From the sequence record KX828711: a stretch of 64,000 nucleotides of DNA, one strand, 5' to 3'. The number at the start of each line of letters is the position of its first letter. The stretch's first letter is position 1. Under the pieces are notes generated by a model that saw only the letters and a program-made list of their open reading frames with translations, was not told the origin of the DNA and ran no database searches. Shown here in pieces: positions 1-9,689 of this stretch. Origin of the DNA: Shigella phage SH7. The position numbers and the translations under genes were made by a program.

Positions 1-11
1 TTTAAAATTCT

Positions 12-275
12 TCACAAAAGATTCCTTTTAATGTATCTTTTAGACCATTCTATCATATCATCATAATCTAAAAAGTATTCATCAAATTCAGCCATGCAAA
101 CAACACCTTGTGCTGCTTTTGATGTGATATAAATTATTCCAACATATCTAGAATCTTCTTCGGTGTAATCAATATTTGCTATGAATTCATCATTAATGTC
201 AAATGTCGAAAACTTCACAGTATGCATCCTTAATACAAGATACAGCCATATCTTGTAATGATTTAGGTGTGTCAT
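12..275 (-). CDS. hypothetical small early protein; start uncertain (internal Met at 227 possible)
   Basis: Minus-strand ORF downstream of gene 47, overlapping the next ORF as is typical for T4 early operons; no recognisable motif. Confidence 0.45.
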   Translation of the reverse strand: MTHLNHYKIWLYLVLRMHTVKFSTFDINDEFIANIDYTEEDSRYVGIIYITSKAAQGVVCMAEFDEYFLDYDDMIEWSKRYIKRNLL

Positions 276-462
276 TATCTAAAATGTTGAAGTTAAAAGA
301 TACAGCCCAGTCAGTGCAGACTGTAACCTTTTTAATACAATTATCTTCAACCTCTAGCGGTTCAAACCAATATTCAATAATTTCTTTATGCCCAATATCA
401 TCTTTTACTTCACATTCAAAATGCTGACTCATCATAACATTTTTAAATTCATCAAAAGTCAT
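199..462 (-). CDS. hypothetical small early protein
   Basis: 87-aa ORF; its start overlaps the gene 47 stop by 4 nt (ATGA-type coupling). Confidence 0.55.
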   Translation of the reverse strand: MTFDEFKNVMMSQHFECEVKDDIGHKEIIEYWFEPLEVEDNCIKKVTVCTDWAVSFNFNILDNDTPKSLQDMAVSCIKDAYCEVFDI

Positions 463-1478
463 TGTGTTGCCTCTACATATAGCTGATTTGCATATTGAAT
501 AAGTGCTTCACGATCAGAATCAGTGATGTCTGGAATTGCATTAATATACTCTTCCATTAATGTCTGAAGCGATTGAACTTCAACTTCTTCACTGTCATCT
601 GACTCGACAGAGTTATCAATCTTTGACACAACTCGTAATGAATGCACAACTTTCTCTAGTTCAGATTCGAACTTCGTCAGATTTTTGTCTACTTCAGTTA
701 CTATAACACGTACTGATAGATTTGTAAAATCTTTATAGTCAATTTTTCCTTTAAATGGATAATGAATTCTACGGTGCCAGGTAGTATTGTTTGGAATAAA
801 TTCCATTCGTTCTGTTTCTGTATCAAACATCCAGAACCCACGAGGGTCATTCTCGTCACCTGCAGTTAGTGTCCATGGTGTCCCAATATATCTGACGTTA
901 GCAGCCTCAGAGATAGTATGGAAGTGACCAGACCACACCTCTTTATAAGTCTTAAGGAAATCAGGTTCAAGACCGTGAGATTTCATTCCTTTATAAAAAT
1001 AAAATCCATTCAGCTCCCAGTGACCAACACAAAAAGAAGCAGATGAAGTTTTGATATGCTCAAGAATTTCACCAGTATTTTCTTCGCACATCCAAGGAAT
1101 TAAATCAATTAAACATCCGTCAAAATCTACTGTAGTAGGCTTATCATATACTTTAACATTAGGATATTTAGCCAAAAGCTCAGTAGAGGCATTTGGAGTT
1201 AAAGTATTTTTAAAGTGCATATCATGGTTTCCTACAACAGTATGTAGGGTAATACCAGCATCATCAAGCATTTGAACTATTTCACGAGCGAATTCCATAG
1301 TTTTATGCGTGATTGCTTTTCGCACATCAAAAATATCGCCATATTGAATCCAGGTAGTAATTCCATTTTTCTTAGAATATTCTATGGCTTGTTTAATTCC
1401 ATCCAACTGAATGGATTGAACCCACTCATCATCAGCTTTAACGCCTAAATGCCAATCACCTAAATTTAAAATTTTCAT
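459..1478 (-). CDS. 47: recombination nuclease subunit gp47 (Mre11/SbcD-like metallophosphoesterase)
   Basis: 339 aa; calcineurin-like phosphoesterase motifs GDWHLG, GDIFD, GNHD; size matches T4 gp47. Confidence 0.9.
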   Translation of the reverse strand: MKILNLGDWHLGVKADDEWVQSIQLDGIKQAIEYSKKNGITTWIQYGDIFDVRKAITHKTMEFAREIVQMLDDAGITLHTVVGNHDMHFKNTLTPNASTELLAKYPNVKVYDKPTTVDFDGCLIDLIPWMCEENTGEILEHIKTSSASFCVGHWELNGFYFYKGMKSHGLEPDFLKTYKEVWSGHFHTISEAANVRYIGTPWTLTAGDENDPRGFWMFDTETERMEFIPNNTTWHRRIHYPFKGKIDYKDFTNLSVRVIVTEVDKNLTKFESELEKVVHSLRVVSKIDNSVESDDSEEVEVQSLQTLMEEYINAIPDITDSDREALIQYANQLYVEATQ

Positions 1479-1638
1479 ATATCAAGAACCGTCATTGAAA
1501 TGCAAAATAAAATTATTGAAATAAATCCATCTGGAGTGCTAAAGAACCCAATCCAACATGCTCTAGTGAATAGATAAAATGCAAGAAAAAGTATCACATA
1601 TCCAAAAAATATCATTATATCAAACTCCGTATAAAGCT

Positions 1639-1656
1639 AAAGGGCCGAAGCCCTTT
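1639..1656 (-). terminator. UUCG-tetraloop hairpin terminator after a-gt
   Basis: AAAGGGC-CGAA-GCCCTTT; symmetric A/T flanks, overlaps the a-gt stop. Confidence 0.65.
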
Positions 1657-2857
1657 ATTTTGTAATAATGTCAAACTGTTCTTTAAAGCAGAAGCTTGAA
1701 TCTTGATGCTGATACAAAAATTCATATGCTTTTTCTCGCTCACGGTCATAAAGAGTTCGGTCAGATGACAGTTCTTTAATACGCTCGAATGTTGATTCCA
1801 TGTCATTTTCATCAAACCAAATGATACCGCTATCATGCGAGGTCAAAGGAGTATTATCAACACGGAATTTTAAATTTTCGCCAGTAGATTTCCAAAATAC
1901 CGGAATTGTTCCACATGCACCAAGCTCGAGATGAGTATATTCTAAAGAGCGCTGTAGATATTTTTTATCCAACTTACTCAACTGATAACCAAATCCGGAT
2001 TTACTCATGCGTTCAAGCATTTCGCTATTTACATAACGGTCAAGAATTTGCGTTGGCAAATTAGGAGCAATTTTAATTTGGTCTACTTGATGAAGACGAT
2101 AATACTCGTATGGAATTCCTTTTTCTTTAATAGGAATGAATGCTGGAGAACGTTCCAGACCTTCCATAATAGTACTTAGTCCTGCAGGTTTAAGATGTTT
2201 TTCGTGAAAATCAAACATCTGGTAAAAACCTTTCCATGTAGTCGTACGACCAATCCATCGATTGACATTCATGTTAATTTCAGAAACATCTTTCCAGTAG
2301 GTTGACCGAACCTTCGCAATATCCATAGGAGGCTGAAAGTTATATACGGTCGGCGCTTCTTCAATATCATCAAACAGAGAAACAGTTTCTGGATACCATT
2401 CTTTCATCAGAACTTTATTAAAATCACCATTATCAGAATGGCTAAAAATAACATCAGCTCGACGAACAGTTTCTTCTAATCCCAAATTTCGGCGCAAAGA
2501 AAGAGAAGAGTGGTCATGTTGATAAACTACAACACGAACCGAAGGTTTAATGTTATCAATAATTTTTTTATAGTTATTAATAGTGTCTTCTTCAACTGAA
2601 GTAGCAGGAACTGAATTGATAATTAGAATATCACAATCATTTACCAGCTTAAGTGTTTTATCGTATTCTTTTGCCAATAAAACCGGAATTGAAAATGATT
2701 TATAATCATGTGCACAGTTACGAGTAAATGATTTATCTTTAGCATAAACCAAAGTTACTTCATGACCATTTTTAATAAACCAATCACGTTGCTCAAGAGA
2801 AAATTTAGTTACACCACAACCTTCAAGACCCCGAGCCATAAAAATACATACTTTCAT
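1655..2857 (-). CDS. a-gt: DNA alpha-glucosyltransferase
   Basis: 400 aa; sequence agrees with my recollection of T4 AGT (N-terminus CIFMARGLEGCGVTKF, C-terminus FCFKEQFDIITK); position next to gene 47. Confidence 0.8.
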   Translation of the reverse strand: MKVCIFMARGLEGCGVTKFSLEQRDWFIKNGHEVTLVYAKDKSFTRNCAHDYKSFSIPVLLAKEYDKTLKLVNDCDILIINSVPATSVEEDTINNYKKIIDNIKPSVRVVVYQHDHSSLSLRRNLGLEETVRRADVIFSHSDNGDFNKVLMKEWYPETVSLFDDIEEAPTVYNFQPPMDIAKVRSTYWKDVSEINMNVNRWIGRTTTWKGFYQMFDFHEKHLKPAGLSTIMEGLERSPAFIPIKEKGIPYEYYRLHQVDQIKIAPNLPTQILDRYVNSEMLERMSKSGFGYQLSKLDKKYLQRSLEYTHLELGACGTIPVFWKSTGENLKFRVDNTPLTSHDSGIIWFDENDMESTFERIKELSSDRTLYDREREKAYEFLYQHQDSSFCFKEQFDIITK

Positions 2858-2908
2858 TTAATATCCTCATTGTTTTGGTTTATTTTACCAAAAATTTATA
2901 AAGCAATA

Positions 2909-2926
2909 TAGGAGCCGAAGCTCCTA
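2909..2926 (-). terminator. UUCG-tetraloop hairpin upstream of a-gt
   Basis: TAGGAGC-CGAA-GCTCCTA. Confidence 0.5.
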
Positions 2927-3100
2927 TCCGCATAATACGCCATACAAAGGCTCATTAGAGCTTCTAAATTTTCTGTGCTTATATGTTATAGTTCCTTCTG
3001 CTTTAGCTTTATCATGAGACTCTTTAAAGCGTCTCATCATTTCTACTTTAGAGGAACGAATTTTATTATAATCTATTTCAGAAGTCTGGGTGTTCATCTT

Positions 3101-3307
3101 TCATAACTGCCACCATTTTTTGACTTGATAAGAATCAACCCACACTTTCATATTAGGGTCTGCTCTTACAATAGGAGGATTAACTTCTTTAATTGAACTA
3201 TCATGGTATTCTTTTTCAGAAATTTTCACACAAAGATGACCATTCAAAGATTCAGTAAATCCTGCATTAATTTTAAGACGCTTGAATTTTACGTGTGTAA
3301 GCATCAA
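3101..3307 (-). CDS. hypothetical small protein
   Basis: 68-aa ORF, overlaps the next ORF by 35 nt; weak support. Confidence 0.35.
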   Translation of the reverse strand: MMLTHVKFKRLKINAGFTESLNGHLCVKISEKEYHDSSIKEVNPPIVRADPNMKVWVDSYQVKKWWQL

Positions 3308-3590
3308 TCATATCCTCAATTTGCGATCTAGTAGTCTTCCAAAGAATACTGATGAGTTCATCGTTATATGGCTGTTTTAGAATATCCCGACTTTTCTTGA
3401 TAGCATATTCGTATTGAGCAAAATTATTATTTTCAGCTGCGATCTGAGCGTGCTTATAAAGACGATTCAGTTCGCGTTTGTTTTTAGACAATAACTTATT
3501 TGCTTTTCTTTCTGCTTCAAGACGGTTCTTTTCTTCAATAGAAGAAATAAGCTTTTCCACTTCATCATTAATTTCGGGTTTATCAGTCAT
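3273..3590 (-). CDS. hypothetical protein, predicted coiled coil
   Basis: 105 aa, charged helical sequence; tightly packed downstream of gene 55. Confidence 0.55.
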   Translation of the reverse strand: MTDKPEINDEVEKLISSIEEKNRLEAERKANKLLSKNKRELNRLYKHAQIAAENNNFAQYEYAIKKSRDILKQPYNDELISILWKTTRSQIEDMIDAYTRKIQAS

Positions 3591-3591
3591 A

Positions 3592-3810
3592 TTATTTCTC
3601 TAATATAAAATAAAAATCATCATCTGTTAAATGATACCGATAATTTAATTCTACACCATTAGATTTAAAAGCGGTATCATACGGATTTTCTGGATCAATA
3701 TCAATGTCAAGAGCTAAAACTTCCCTGAGATACATTTTAAGTAAATAGGGAATAGCTTCAACTTCAGGTATTTCTTCCAAGAATCCGGAGAGGTTAATCG
3801 TTAGCCTCAT
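3592..3810 (-). CDS. hypothetical small protein
   Basis: 72-aa ORF overlapping the gene 55 stop. Confidence 0.5.
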
Positions 3811-4351
3811 ATAAAAAATCCAAACTAGGAGAATCGTCTACAACACTTTTCTTTTCAGCCCCCGGTGTTCTATAGGTTGATTCTTCGTAATGCGTCATTT
3901 TATCGTAGATGTCTTGAATAAAAGTTTCATCTACTAACGCAACCATATCGTCGTCACGACTGTCATAGACATTGTGAACGAAGTAACTATATTTCTTTGC
4001 AACTTCCTTACGTTCTTTTTTAATACGTTGGACGAATGCATTAAAACAAGCTTGAGTTATATACGCATGTGGGTTTTTATATTTCGTTTCATCAAAATTA
4101 TGAAGCCCCTTAATAGAAGCTTCTATACCATCTGCAATCATTTCTTGTTTCCAAGACTGGGTGTATCCTGAAAAGTTGAAACGTTTAGATAAGCCTTCTG
4201 CAATAAGCATAATGGCTAATCCGATAGTATCATTTTGACGAACTACTTTATTTGGGTCTTTATTATTTGCTAATTCTGTTTTCCAATCAATAATAGCTTG
4301 TAAAAGCTCTTTATTGTTTACGTAATTATATTTAGGCTTAGTTTCTGACAT
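3794..4351 (-). CDS. 55: late-transcription sigma factor gp55
   Basis: 185 aa from [20 protein letters not shown] (third Met of the ORF); matches T4 gp55 in size and sequence as recalled. Confidence 0.9.
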
Positions 4352-4429
4352 TTTCACCTCTTAGCTCAATTCATAGATCTATTATATCATAATATTTGAA
4401 GATCTATCTTAAAGCATAGAGGATATCAG

Positions 4430-4699
4430 TTATCTAAGTAAGCAGTATGCTTGGAACACTTTCTCCATCATCTTTTTAAATTCATGAATATCTATATAAT
4501 GACTAGTTAAATCAGCATGATATAAAAAGTCTAAAAACTTTTCATGCGTGCTAACATATTCACTTTCATTTAATTCAGAAACATGACTTTCCCAATATCC
4601 AACACCAGTCTTATTTGGGAAAAATGAAATTTTCATGTATTGGTCAACATAGAAAATGCCATAATTTTCAATAGTAATAGAAATATTAATAAATTTCAT
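4430..4699 (-). CDS. hypothetical protein
   Basis: 89-aa ORF in the gene 55 - nrdH interval, overlapping neighbours. Confidence 0.5.
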   Translation of the reverse strand: MKFINISITIENYGIFYVDQYMKISFFPNKTGVGYWESHVSELNESEYVSTHEKFLDFLYHADLTSHYIDIHEFKKMMEKVFQAYCLLR

Positions 4700-4917
4700 A
4701 CATTCATCAACTTAGCCGCTTCAAGAGCTGCATCTAGTGAATCAAATTGGTCAACATATTCAATCAATTCGCCATAATTGGCATATAACCACCATTGGCT
4801 AAATTCATACTCAAGGATGAATCCATTTCCTTCAATTTGAGTTAAACCAATGCCATTTGTATTTACTTCATATCCGGCAAGACGCAAATCGTTAATAAGA
4901 GCTTCGTTCATATTCAT
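4696..4917 (-). CDS. hypothetical protein
   Basis: 73-aa acidic ORF with 4-nt overlaps to both neighbours. Confidence 0.5.
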   Translation of the reverse strand: MNMNEALINDLRLAGYEVNTNGIGLTQIEGNGFILEYEFSQWWLYANYGELIEYVDQFDSLDAALEAAKLMNV

Positions 4918-5240
4918 ACCTTAGCAATTTTCAGGTCAGCAAATTTTTTCTTGCGTTGATTTTTCATACGACGAATAGTTTTATCGGAAATTTCATGCTT
5001 TTGATAAGCTTTAGATTCTACACCAAAAGCTTTAACATCAAATTCTGACAAGATATATTGAACCAACAATTCACGGACAGTATTGCGTCCAATCTTCTGA
5101 TCATTCTGTTTCATCGTCTGATGAAGCTCTTTTTCCCATTTATCCAAAATTTGAGGAGTTACAATATCGCCTTTTTCTAGCAAAGAAACTACTTTATCAT
5201 ATGCGTAAGAATTAATGACGTTTTTAATTTGAATAGTCAT
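4914..5240 (-). CDS. hypothetical protein with basic C-terminus
   Basis: 108 aa; C-terminal RRMKNQRKKKF basic tail. Confidence 0.55.
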   Translation of the reverse strand: MTIQIKNVINSYAYDKVVSLLEKGDIVTPQILDKWEKELHQTMKQNDQKIGRNTVRELLVQYILSEFDVKAFGVESKAYQKHEISDKTIRRMKNQRKKKFADLKIAKV

Positions 5241-5275
5241 ACATTATCCTCAATTACGTTAAAATTTTATTATCC

Positions 5276-5295
5276 AAAAAAGGGCCGAAGCCCTT
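5276..5295 (-). terminator. UUCG-tetraloop rho-independent terminator
   Basis: AGGGC-CGAA-GCCCT with an A-run giving UUUUU on the minus strand. Confidence 0.65.
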
Positions 5296-5494
5296 AGCTA
5301 AACTTTTTTGCACCCTTCCAGCCTTCATACATCATTGCGGCTGATATTAATATTGCTCCTGAGCAACTTGAATATTTGTGATTCCAAAACCAGTTTAGAA
5401 AAACTTCGTCATCAATACCTTGTGCTATCATATTTTCAAAGAATTGACGACGAGCTTCGGCAATTCGCTGCGATAATTTAGATTCAGGATTCAT
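5294..5494 (-). CDS. hypothetical small protein
   Basis: 66-aa ORF followed immediately by a hairpin terminator. Confidence 0.5.
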   Translation of the reverse strand: MNPESKLSQRIAEARRQFFENMIAQGIDDEVFLNWFWNHKYSSCSGAILISAAMMYEGWKGAKKFS

Positions 5495-5633
5495 TTAAAT
5501 TTCCCAATTGCCATTTTCATCAATAAATTTAATCCAGTCATTTACTGACCACTTAGTTGTATCGCCTTTTGGAGTAACATTTAAAGTGTATAATCCTTGC
5601 TTAAAAAGCATTCGTTTGATATTCATATTTTCC

Positions 5634-5927
5634 TCAGCTGTAACGATAACACTCGTTTGATTTACGTTTAGCAACTAGTTGAGAAGTATTATAATCAAAA
5701 TCGTCATCAATGTAAACTGATTTTTTCAACTTTCTTACTTCACCACGTAATTGACGATTTAACTCATCTTTAACTTCTGAATCAATGCCTTTCATTCTAC
5801 GCCATTTATCTGAGCGAAAAATGTTTTCAACCATATCTTTATGACTTACACCATCAGGAGCTTTACGCTTTCCGAAATAGTCATAATCACGAACTTTCAA
5901 GTCTTTACGACGATACGTTTTACCCAT
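5634..5927 (-). CDS. hypothetical basic protein
   Basis: Start placed at the internal Met (MGKTYRR) whose ATG overlaps the stop of the upstream small ORF. Confidence 0.5.
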   Translation of the reverse strand: MGKTYRRKDLKVRDYDYFGKRKAPDGVSHKDMVENIFRSDKWRRMKGIDSEVKDELNRQLRGEVRKLKKSVYIDDDFDYNTSQLVAKRKSNECYRYS

Positions 5928-6096
5928 GGAGTTTAATTTCCTTAGCAACTGAACTAAATACAGCACGATCGCAAATCATCTGTTTATTCCATTTAAGTAC
6001 AGTATAATGAACATCTAGATCATCTACTGCTGTAACAATAACAATATGTCCGTTAACACGATAATACTGATCTCTTTTAATCTCTTTATCAACCAT
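5920..6096 (-). CDS. hypothetical small protein (58 aa)
   Basis: Not in the supplied track (below 60 aa); found by manual translation; GAGGA RBS 6 nt upstream; early promoter just upstream. Confidence 0.4.
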   Translation of the reverse strand: MVDKEIKRDQYYRVNGHIVIVTAVDDLDVHYTVLKWNKQMICDRAVFSSVAKEIKLHG

Positions 6097-6126
6097 ATCA
6101 AATCCTCAAAGGCAATTCATATGTTA

Positions 6127-6156
6127 ATAATACCACAGTTTGAACTTGTTGTAAAC
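6127..6156 (-). promoter_or_regulatory. early-type promoter (GTTTAC -35, TATTAT -10)
   Basis: Reverse complement reads GTTTAC..18 nt..TATTAT upstream of the 5920-6096 ORF. Confidence 0.5.
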
Positions 6157-6237
6157 AACTTTGTGAAAATTATTTTAGGGAACGATAAGAAGGGAACGAT
6201 AGCTTAGAATGGTAATATACAGAATGTGAGAAAGAAA

Positions 6238-6250
6238 GGCCCAGAGGGCC
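6238..6250 (-). terminator. hairpin terminator downstream of nrdH-like gene
   Basis: GGCCC-AGA-GGGCC stem-loop followed by a U-rich run on the minus strand. Confidence 0.5.
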
Positions 6251-6254
6251 CGTC

Positions 6255-6563
6255 TTAATCTTCTATGATATCTCTATCATATCCAAGTGAAATGAGAGTT
6301 TCTTTGAAGTGTTTAATGTTCTTTTGTCTAGAATCATTAATGAAAATGACTGGATAACGAATGTTAAGAGATGTGAATCCAGCGCGTTTAGCAAGAGATA
6401 CAATCAGTGGACGATCATACTCAATCTTACCATTATTTGTAAGAACTTTATAGAAAGTAAAAGGAGCATTGAGCTCCTTTAGAAGTTTTGTAACTGATTG
6501 ACATCCAGGACAACGACCTACTTCATCTGGAATTCCATAGACTTCAATCTTGTTTTGTTTCAC
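6255..6563 (-). CDS. nrdH: glutaredoxin/NrdH-like redoxin
   Basis: 102 aa with CPGC dithiol motif near the N-terminus; sits next to nrdG/nrdD. Confidence 0.6.
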   Translation of the reverse strand: MKQNKIEVYGIPDEVGRCPGCQSVTKLLKELNAPFTFYKVLTNNGKIEYDRPLIVSLAKRAGFTSLNIRYPVIFINDSRQKNIKHFKETLISLGYDRDIIED

Positions 6564-6565
6564 AA

Positions 6566-6802
6566 CTATTCCTTACTAAGAGCAGCATTCAGCTTGTTAG
6601 TAATTTTATCCAGACGCTCATTAAACTCGCTAGAAGATAAGCCTTTTTCTGGAGAAATTAAGCTAATCACGAAAAATATAGCAATAAAAGGAATAAGAAA
6701 AATAGCACCAACTGCCATAAACAAAAAGAACGTTACAGTTGTAAGAAAATCAGCTAAACCTTTACGAAATTTATACATATTTACCCTTAATTGATTAACC
6801 AA
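6566..6802 (-). CDS. small membrane protein
   Basis: 78 aa with one long hydrophobic segment. Confidence 0.5.
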   Translation of the reverse strand: MVNQLRVNMYKFRKGLADFLTTVTFFLFMAVGAIFLIPFIAIFFVISLISPEKGLSSSEFNERLDKITNKLNAALSKE

Positions 6803-6892
6803 GCATTGATAAGCACTAAACTATACTGCGAATAAAATTCTGGACCAAAATGAAAAATCATATCATTTATAGTGTCCATAATATAATTCAAT

Positions 6893-7363
6893 TTAATCAT
6901 GTTTCCACACCCCATCGGTATTTGACCAAAGTCGCTGATTATCTGATCCTCGCCACAACTTTTTGGTCGGAAGATTTTTCTCATATTTCCCATCAATAAT
7001 AACATCAACATATTTAAGCATTTCTAGTTGTTTAATATCTTCAAACTTATATCCTGTCCACAACCAAATGCTTTTATTGGGATAAAGATTTTTTACTGTT
7101 TGAACAATGCAATGAACAACATCTCGGTTATCAGGATAGAGAGGGTCTCCTCCAGTTATAGTTAATCCTTCTATATAATCATTATTCAAACATTCAATTA
7201 ATTGTTCCAGTGTTTCACCAGTGAATGGAACGCCATTTCTAGCATTCCACGTTGATTTATTATAACACCCTTCGCATTTATGCAAACAACCTGTAACGAA
7301 AAGAACGACCCTGCATCCAGGGCCATTCACAAAATCGCAAGGATAAAATCTATCATAATTCAT
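6893..7363 (-). CDS. nrdG: anaerobic ribonucleotide reductase activating protein (radical SAM)
   Basis: 156 aa; CxxxCxxC radical-SAM cluster in GCLHKCEGCYN. Confidence 0.9.
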   Translation of the reverse strand: MNYDRFYPCDFVNGPGCRVVLFVTGCLHKCEGCYNKSTWNARNGVPFTGETLEQLIECLNNDYIEGLTITGGDPLYPDNRDVVHCIVQTVKNLYPNKSIWLWTGYKFEDIKQLEMLKYVDVIIDGKYEKNLPTKKLWRGSDNQRLWSNTDGVWKHD

Positions 7364-9177
7364 TGGTGTTTAACCCTATGCATGATTTCTTTATTTTTGC
7401 CGAGATTAAATCCGCGTTCGTTCGGATTTCCCAAATAACCACATGTTCTTCTTATTGTATTCATCTTTTTAGGATCAGTTTCTCCACAAATAGAACAAAC
7501 AAATCCGTTTTCAGTAGGAGTCATCTCATGGGTACTTCCACATGTAAAACATTTATCTACTGGCATATTAACACCAAAATAATCTAAATGTTGTGCAGCA
7601 TAATCCCATACAGCCTCAAGACCTTTTAAGTTATTTTTCATATCAGGAAGTTCAACATAAGAAATGTGACCACCTGTCGCAATGAAATGATATGGCGCTT
7701 CACGAGAAATCTTTTCAAACGGAGTAATATTTTCTTCTACTGAAACGTGGAAACTATTAGTGTACCATCCTTTATCGGTAACATCTTTTACACTTCCATA
7801 TTTTTCGGTATCAAGTTTACAGAAGCGATAGCACAGGTTTTCAGCAGGAGTAGAATACAAACTAAAAGCAAAACCAGTTCTTTCAGTCCACTGCTTAAGA
7901 CGAGCATTCATTTTAGTTAAAATTTCCTGTCCAATATCACGACCGACAAGAATATTCAATTCGTGAATACCAATGTATCCTAAGGACACTGAACTTCTAC
8001 CGTTTTTAAATAACTCAATTATATCATCATCGGGTTTAAGACGAACCCCGAATGCACCTTCTTGGTAAAGAATAGGAGCAACAGTAGCTTTAACTCCTTT
8101 TAAGGAACTAATTCTACACATCAAAGCTTCAAAACACAAATCCATTCGCTCATTGAATAATTCAGTAAATTTCTGTTCATTGAACTGTGTTCCAATATAA
8201 GAATCTAACGCAATGCGAGGAAGATTCAGTGTTACAACGCCAAGATTATTACGTCCATCAAGAATTTCATTACCAGTCGAATCTTTCCATACGCTCAAGA
8301 AACTACGACAACCCATTGGAGAAACAGGAATAGATGAGCCGGTGATAGCTTTATTGTTCTTAGCTGAAATAATATCAGGATACATTCTTTTGCTTGCGCA
8401 CTCTAGAGCAAGCTGCTTAATATCATAGTTCGGATCATCTTTATAAAGATTAACACCCTCTTCAACGAACATAACAAGCTTAGGGAAAATAGGAGTTATC
8501 CCATCGCGACCCAGGCCTTTAATACGATTTTTCAGAATTGCTTTCTGAATCATTCGTTCAGTCCAGTCAGTTCCCGTACCAAATGTAATTGTTACAAAAG
8601 GAGTTTGTCCGTTTGAACTAAAGAGAGTATTTACTTCATATTCATAAGCTTGGAATGCATCGTATACGTCTTTTTCTGTTTTAGATTGAGCATAATTCAA
8701 CGCATCGGCGATTTGCCATTTTTCTGCATCCTCAATGTGTTTTGCATAGGTGCGTTTAACATAAGGAGAAAGTACTTTATCTACATTCGCAAAAGTCGTT
8801 CCGCCGTATTGGTGAGAAGCAACCTGTGCAGTAATTTGTGCCATAATTGCAGTAGCAACGCCAATTGATTTAGGAGTTTCAATCTGTGCATTACCAAGCT
8901 TAAATCCGTTTTCAAGCATTCCTTTTAAATCTACTAAACAGCAATTAGTAAATGGAAGAGCAGGGGAATAATCAATATCATGGAAATGGATAATTCCGCT
9001 TTCATGCGCTTTCATAATAAAAGACGGGACCATATTTTTGGCAATGTGTTTAGACACAATACCAGCCATAAGGTCCCGTTGAGTTGGAAAAACACGAGAA
9101 TCTTTATTAGCATTCTCGTTTAAAAGGTCTTTATTAGTTTTATGAATTAATCCTTCAATTTCTTTTTCAATTGTCAT
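7360..9177 (-). CDS. nrdD: anaerobic ribonucleoside-triphosphate reductase
   Basis: 605 aa uninterrupted ORF; C-terminal zinc ribbon CFTCG..CSICG and glycyl-radical motif RRTCGYLG. Confidence 0.95.
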   Translation of the reverse strand: MTIEKEIEGLIHKTNKDLLNENANKDSRVFPTQRDLMAGIVSKHIAKNMVPSFIMKAHESGIIHFHDIDYSPALPFTNCCLVDLKGMLENGFKLGNAQIETPKSIGVATAIMAQITAQVASHQYGGTTFANVDKVLSPYVKRTYAKHIEDAEKWQIADALNYAQSKTEKDVYDAFQAYEYEVNTLFSSNGQTPFVTITFGTGTDWTERMIQKAILKNRIKGLGRDGITPIFPKLVMFVEEGVNLYKDDPNYDIKQLALECASKRMYPDIISAKNNKAITGSSIPVSPMGCRSFLSVWKDSTGNEILDGRNNLGVVTLNLPRIALDSYIGTQFNEQKFTELFNERMDLCFEALMCRISSLKGVKATVAPILYQEGAFGVRLKPDDDIIELFKNGRSSVSLGYIGIHELNILVGRDIGQEILTKMNARLKQWTERTGFAFSLYSTPAENLCYRFCKLDTEKYGSVKDVTDKGWYTNSFHVSVEENITPFEKISREAPYHFIATGGHISYVELPDMKNNLKGLEAVWDYAAQHLDYFGVNMPVDKCFTCGSTHEMTPTENGFVCSICGETDPKKMNTIRRTCGYLGNPNERGFNLGKNKEIMHRVKHQ

Positions 9178-9647
9178 TTTAAACTCTTTCTAAGCTGCTT
9201 CTTGAATGAAGCTATTAACTGTGTTTTGGTATCAGATTCATTATATTCAAATCCTCTTTGAAGCATCTCGGCCATCATTTCCTCTTTTCCTAAACGAGAA
9301 AATTCCTTTGATTTATCTCCAACAAAGTTAGGGTGAATATTATTTTGGGTGTAATCGGATTTTAAATAAGTAAGTAAATTTTCTAACCATTCAAGATAAT
9401 CAACACCTTGTCCCTTTAAGCCAGAACGATTAAATTTATGTTTCATTTGACCTTCTGCGGCATTACAGAGATTGCAAAGCAATCCACGCACCTTTCCTGC
9501 TTTTGGTCCATTTAATTCATGGTCATGGTCAAGATGATTAGCTTGAACATCAGGATTTAGTTCTCGTTGGCAAATTAAGCATTTACCGTTTTGTGCATCA
9601 TAAAATTTCTGTTTTTCTTCTTTATATAATTTGCCAGTCAATAACAT
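9174..9647 (-). CDS. 49: endonuclease VII (Holliday-junction resolvase)
   Basis: 157 aa; Cys cluster CLICQ..CNLCN and HLDHDH His-Me finger motif; size matches T4 gp49. Confidence 0.9.
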   Translation of the reverse strand: MLLTGKLYKEEKQKFYDAQNGKCLICQRELNPDVQANHLDHDHELNGPKAGKVRGLLCNLCNAAEGQMKHKFNRSGLKGQGVDYLEWLENLLTYLKSDYTQNNIHPNFVGDKSKEFSRLGKEEMMAEMLQRGFEYNESDTKTQLIASFKKQLRKSLK

Positions 9648-9689
9648 AATAAAACCCTTACCTTAAATAGATAAGGGTATTTATTATTT

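Noticed and set aside
203-427. Plus-strand 74-aa ORF
   Set aside because: Lies entirely antisense to minus-strand early genes in a densely packed operon; low-complexity Ser/Leu-rich translation; no RBS.
1051-1275. Plus-strand 74-aa ORF inside gene 47
   Set aside because: Antisense to a well-supported metallophosphoesterase gene.
1615-1836. Minus-strand 73-aa ORF overlapping the 3-prime end of a-gt in another frame
   Set aside because: Contained within a-gt coding sequence and the terminator hairpin; no independent support.
6787-7011. Minus-strand 74-aa ORF overlapping the nrdG 3-prime end
   Set aside because: Overlaps nrdG by about 120 nt out of frame; at most a 30-aa peptide could be independent.
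7363-8868. Three plus-strand ORFs (7363-7587, 8213-8428, 8650-8868)
   Set aside because: All antisense within nrdD.
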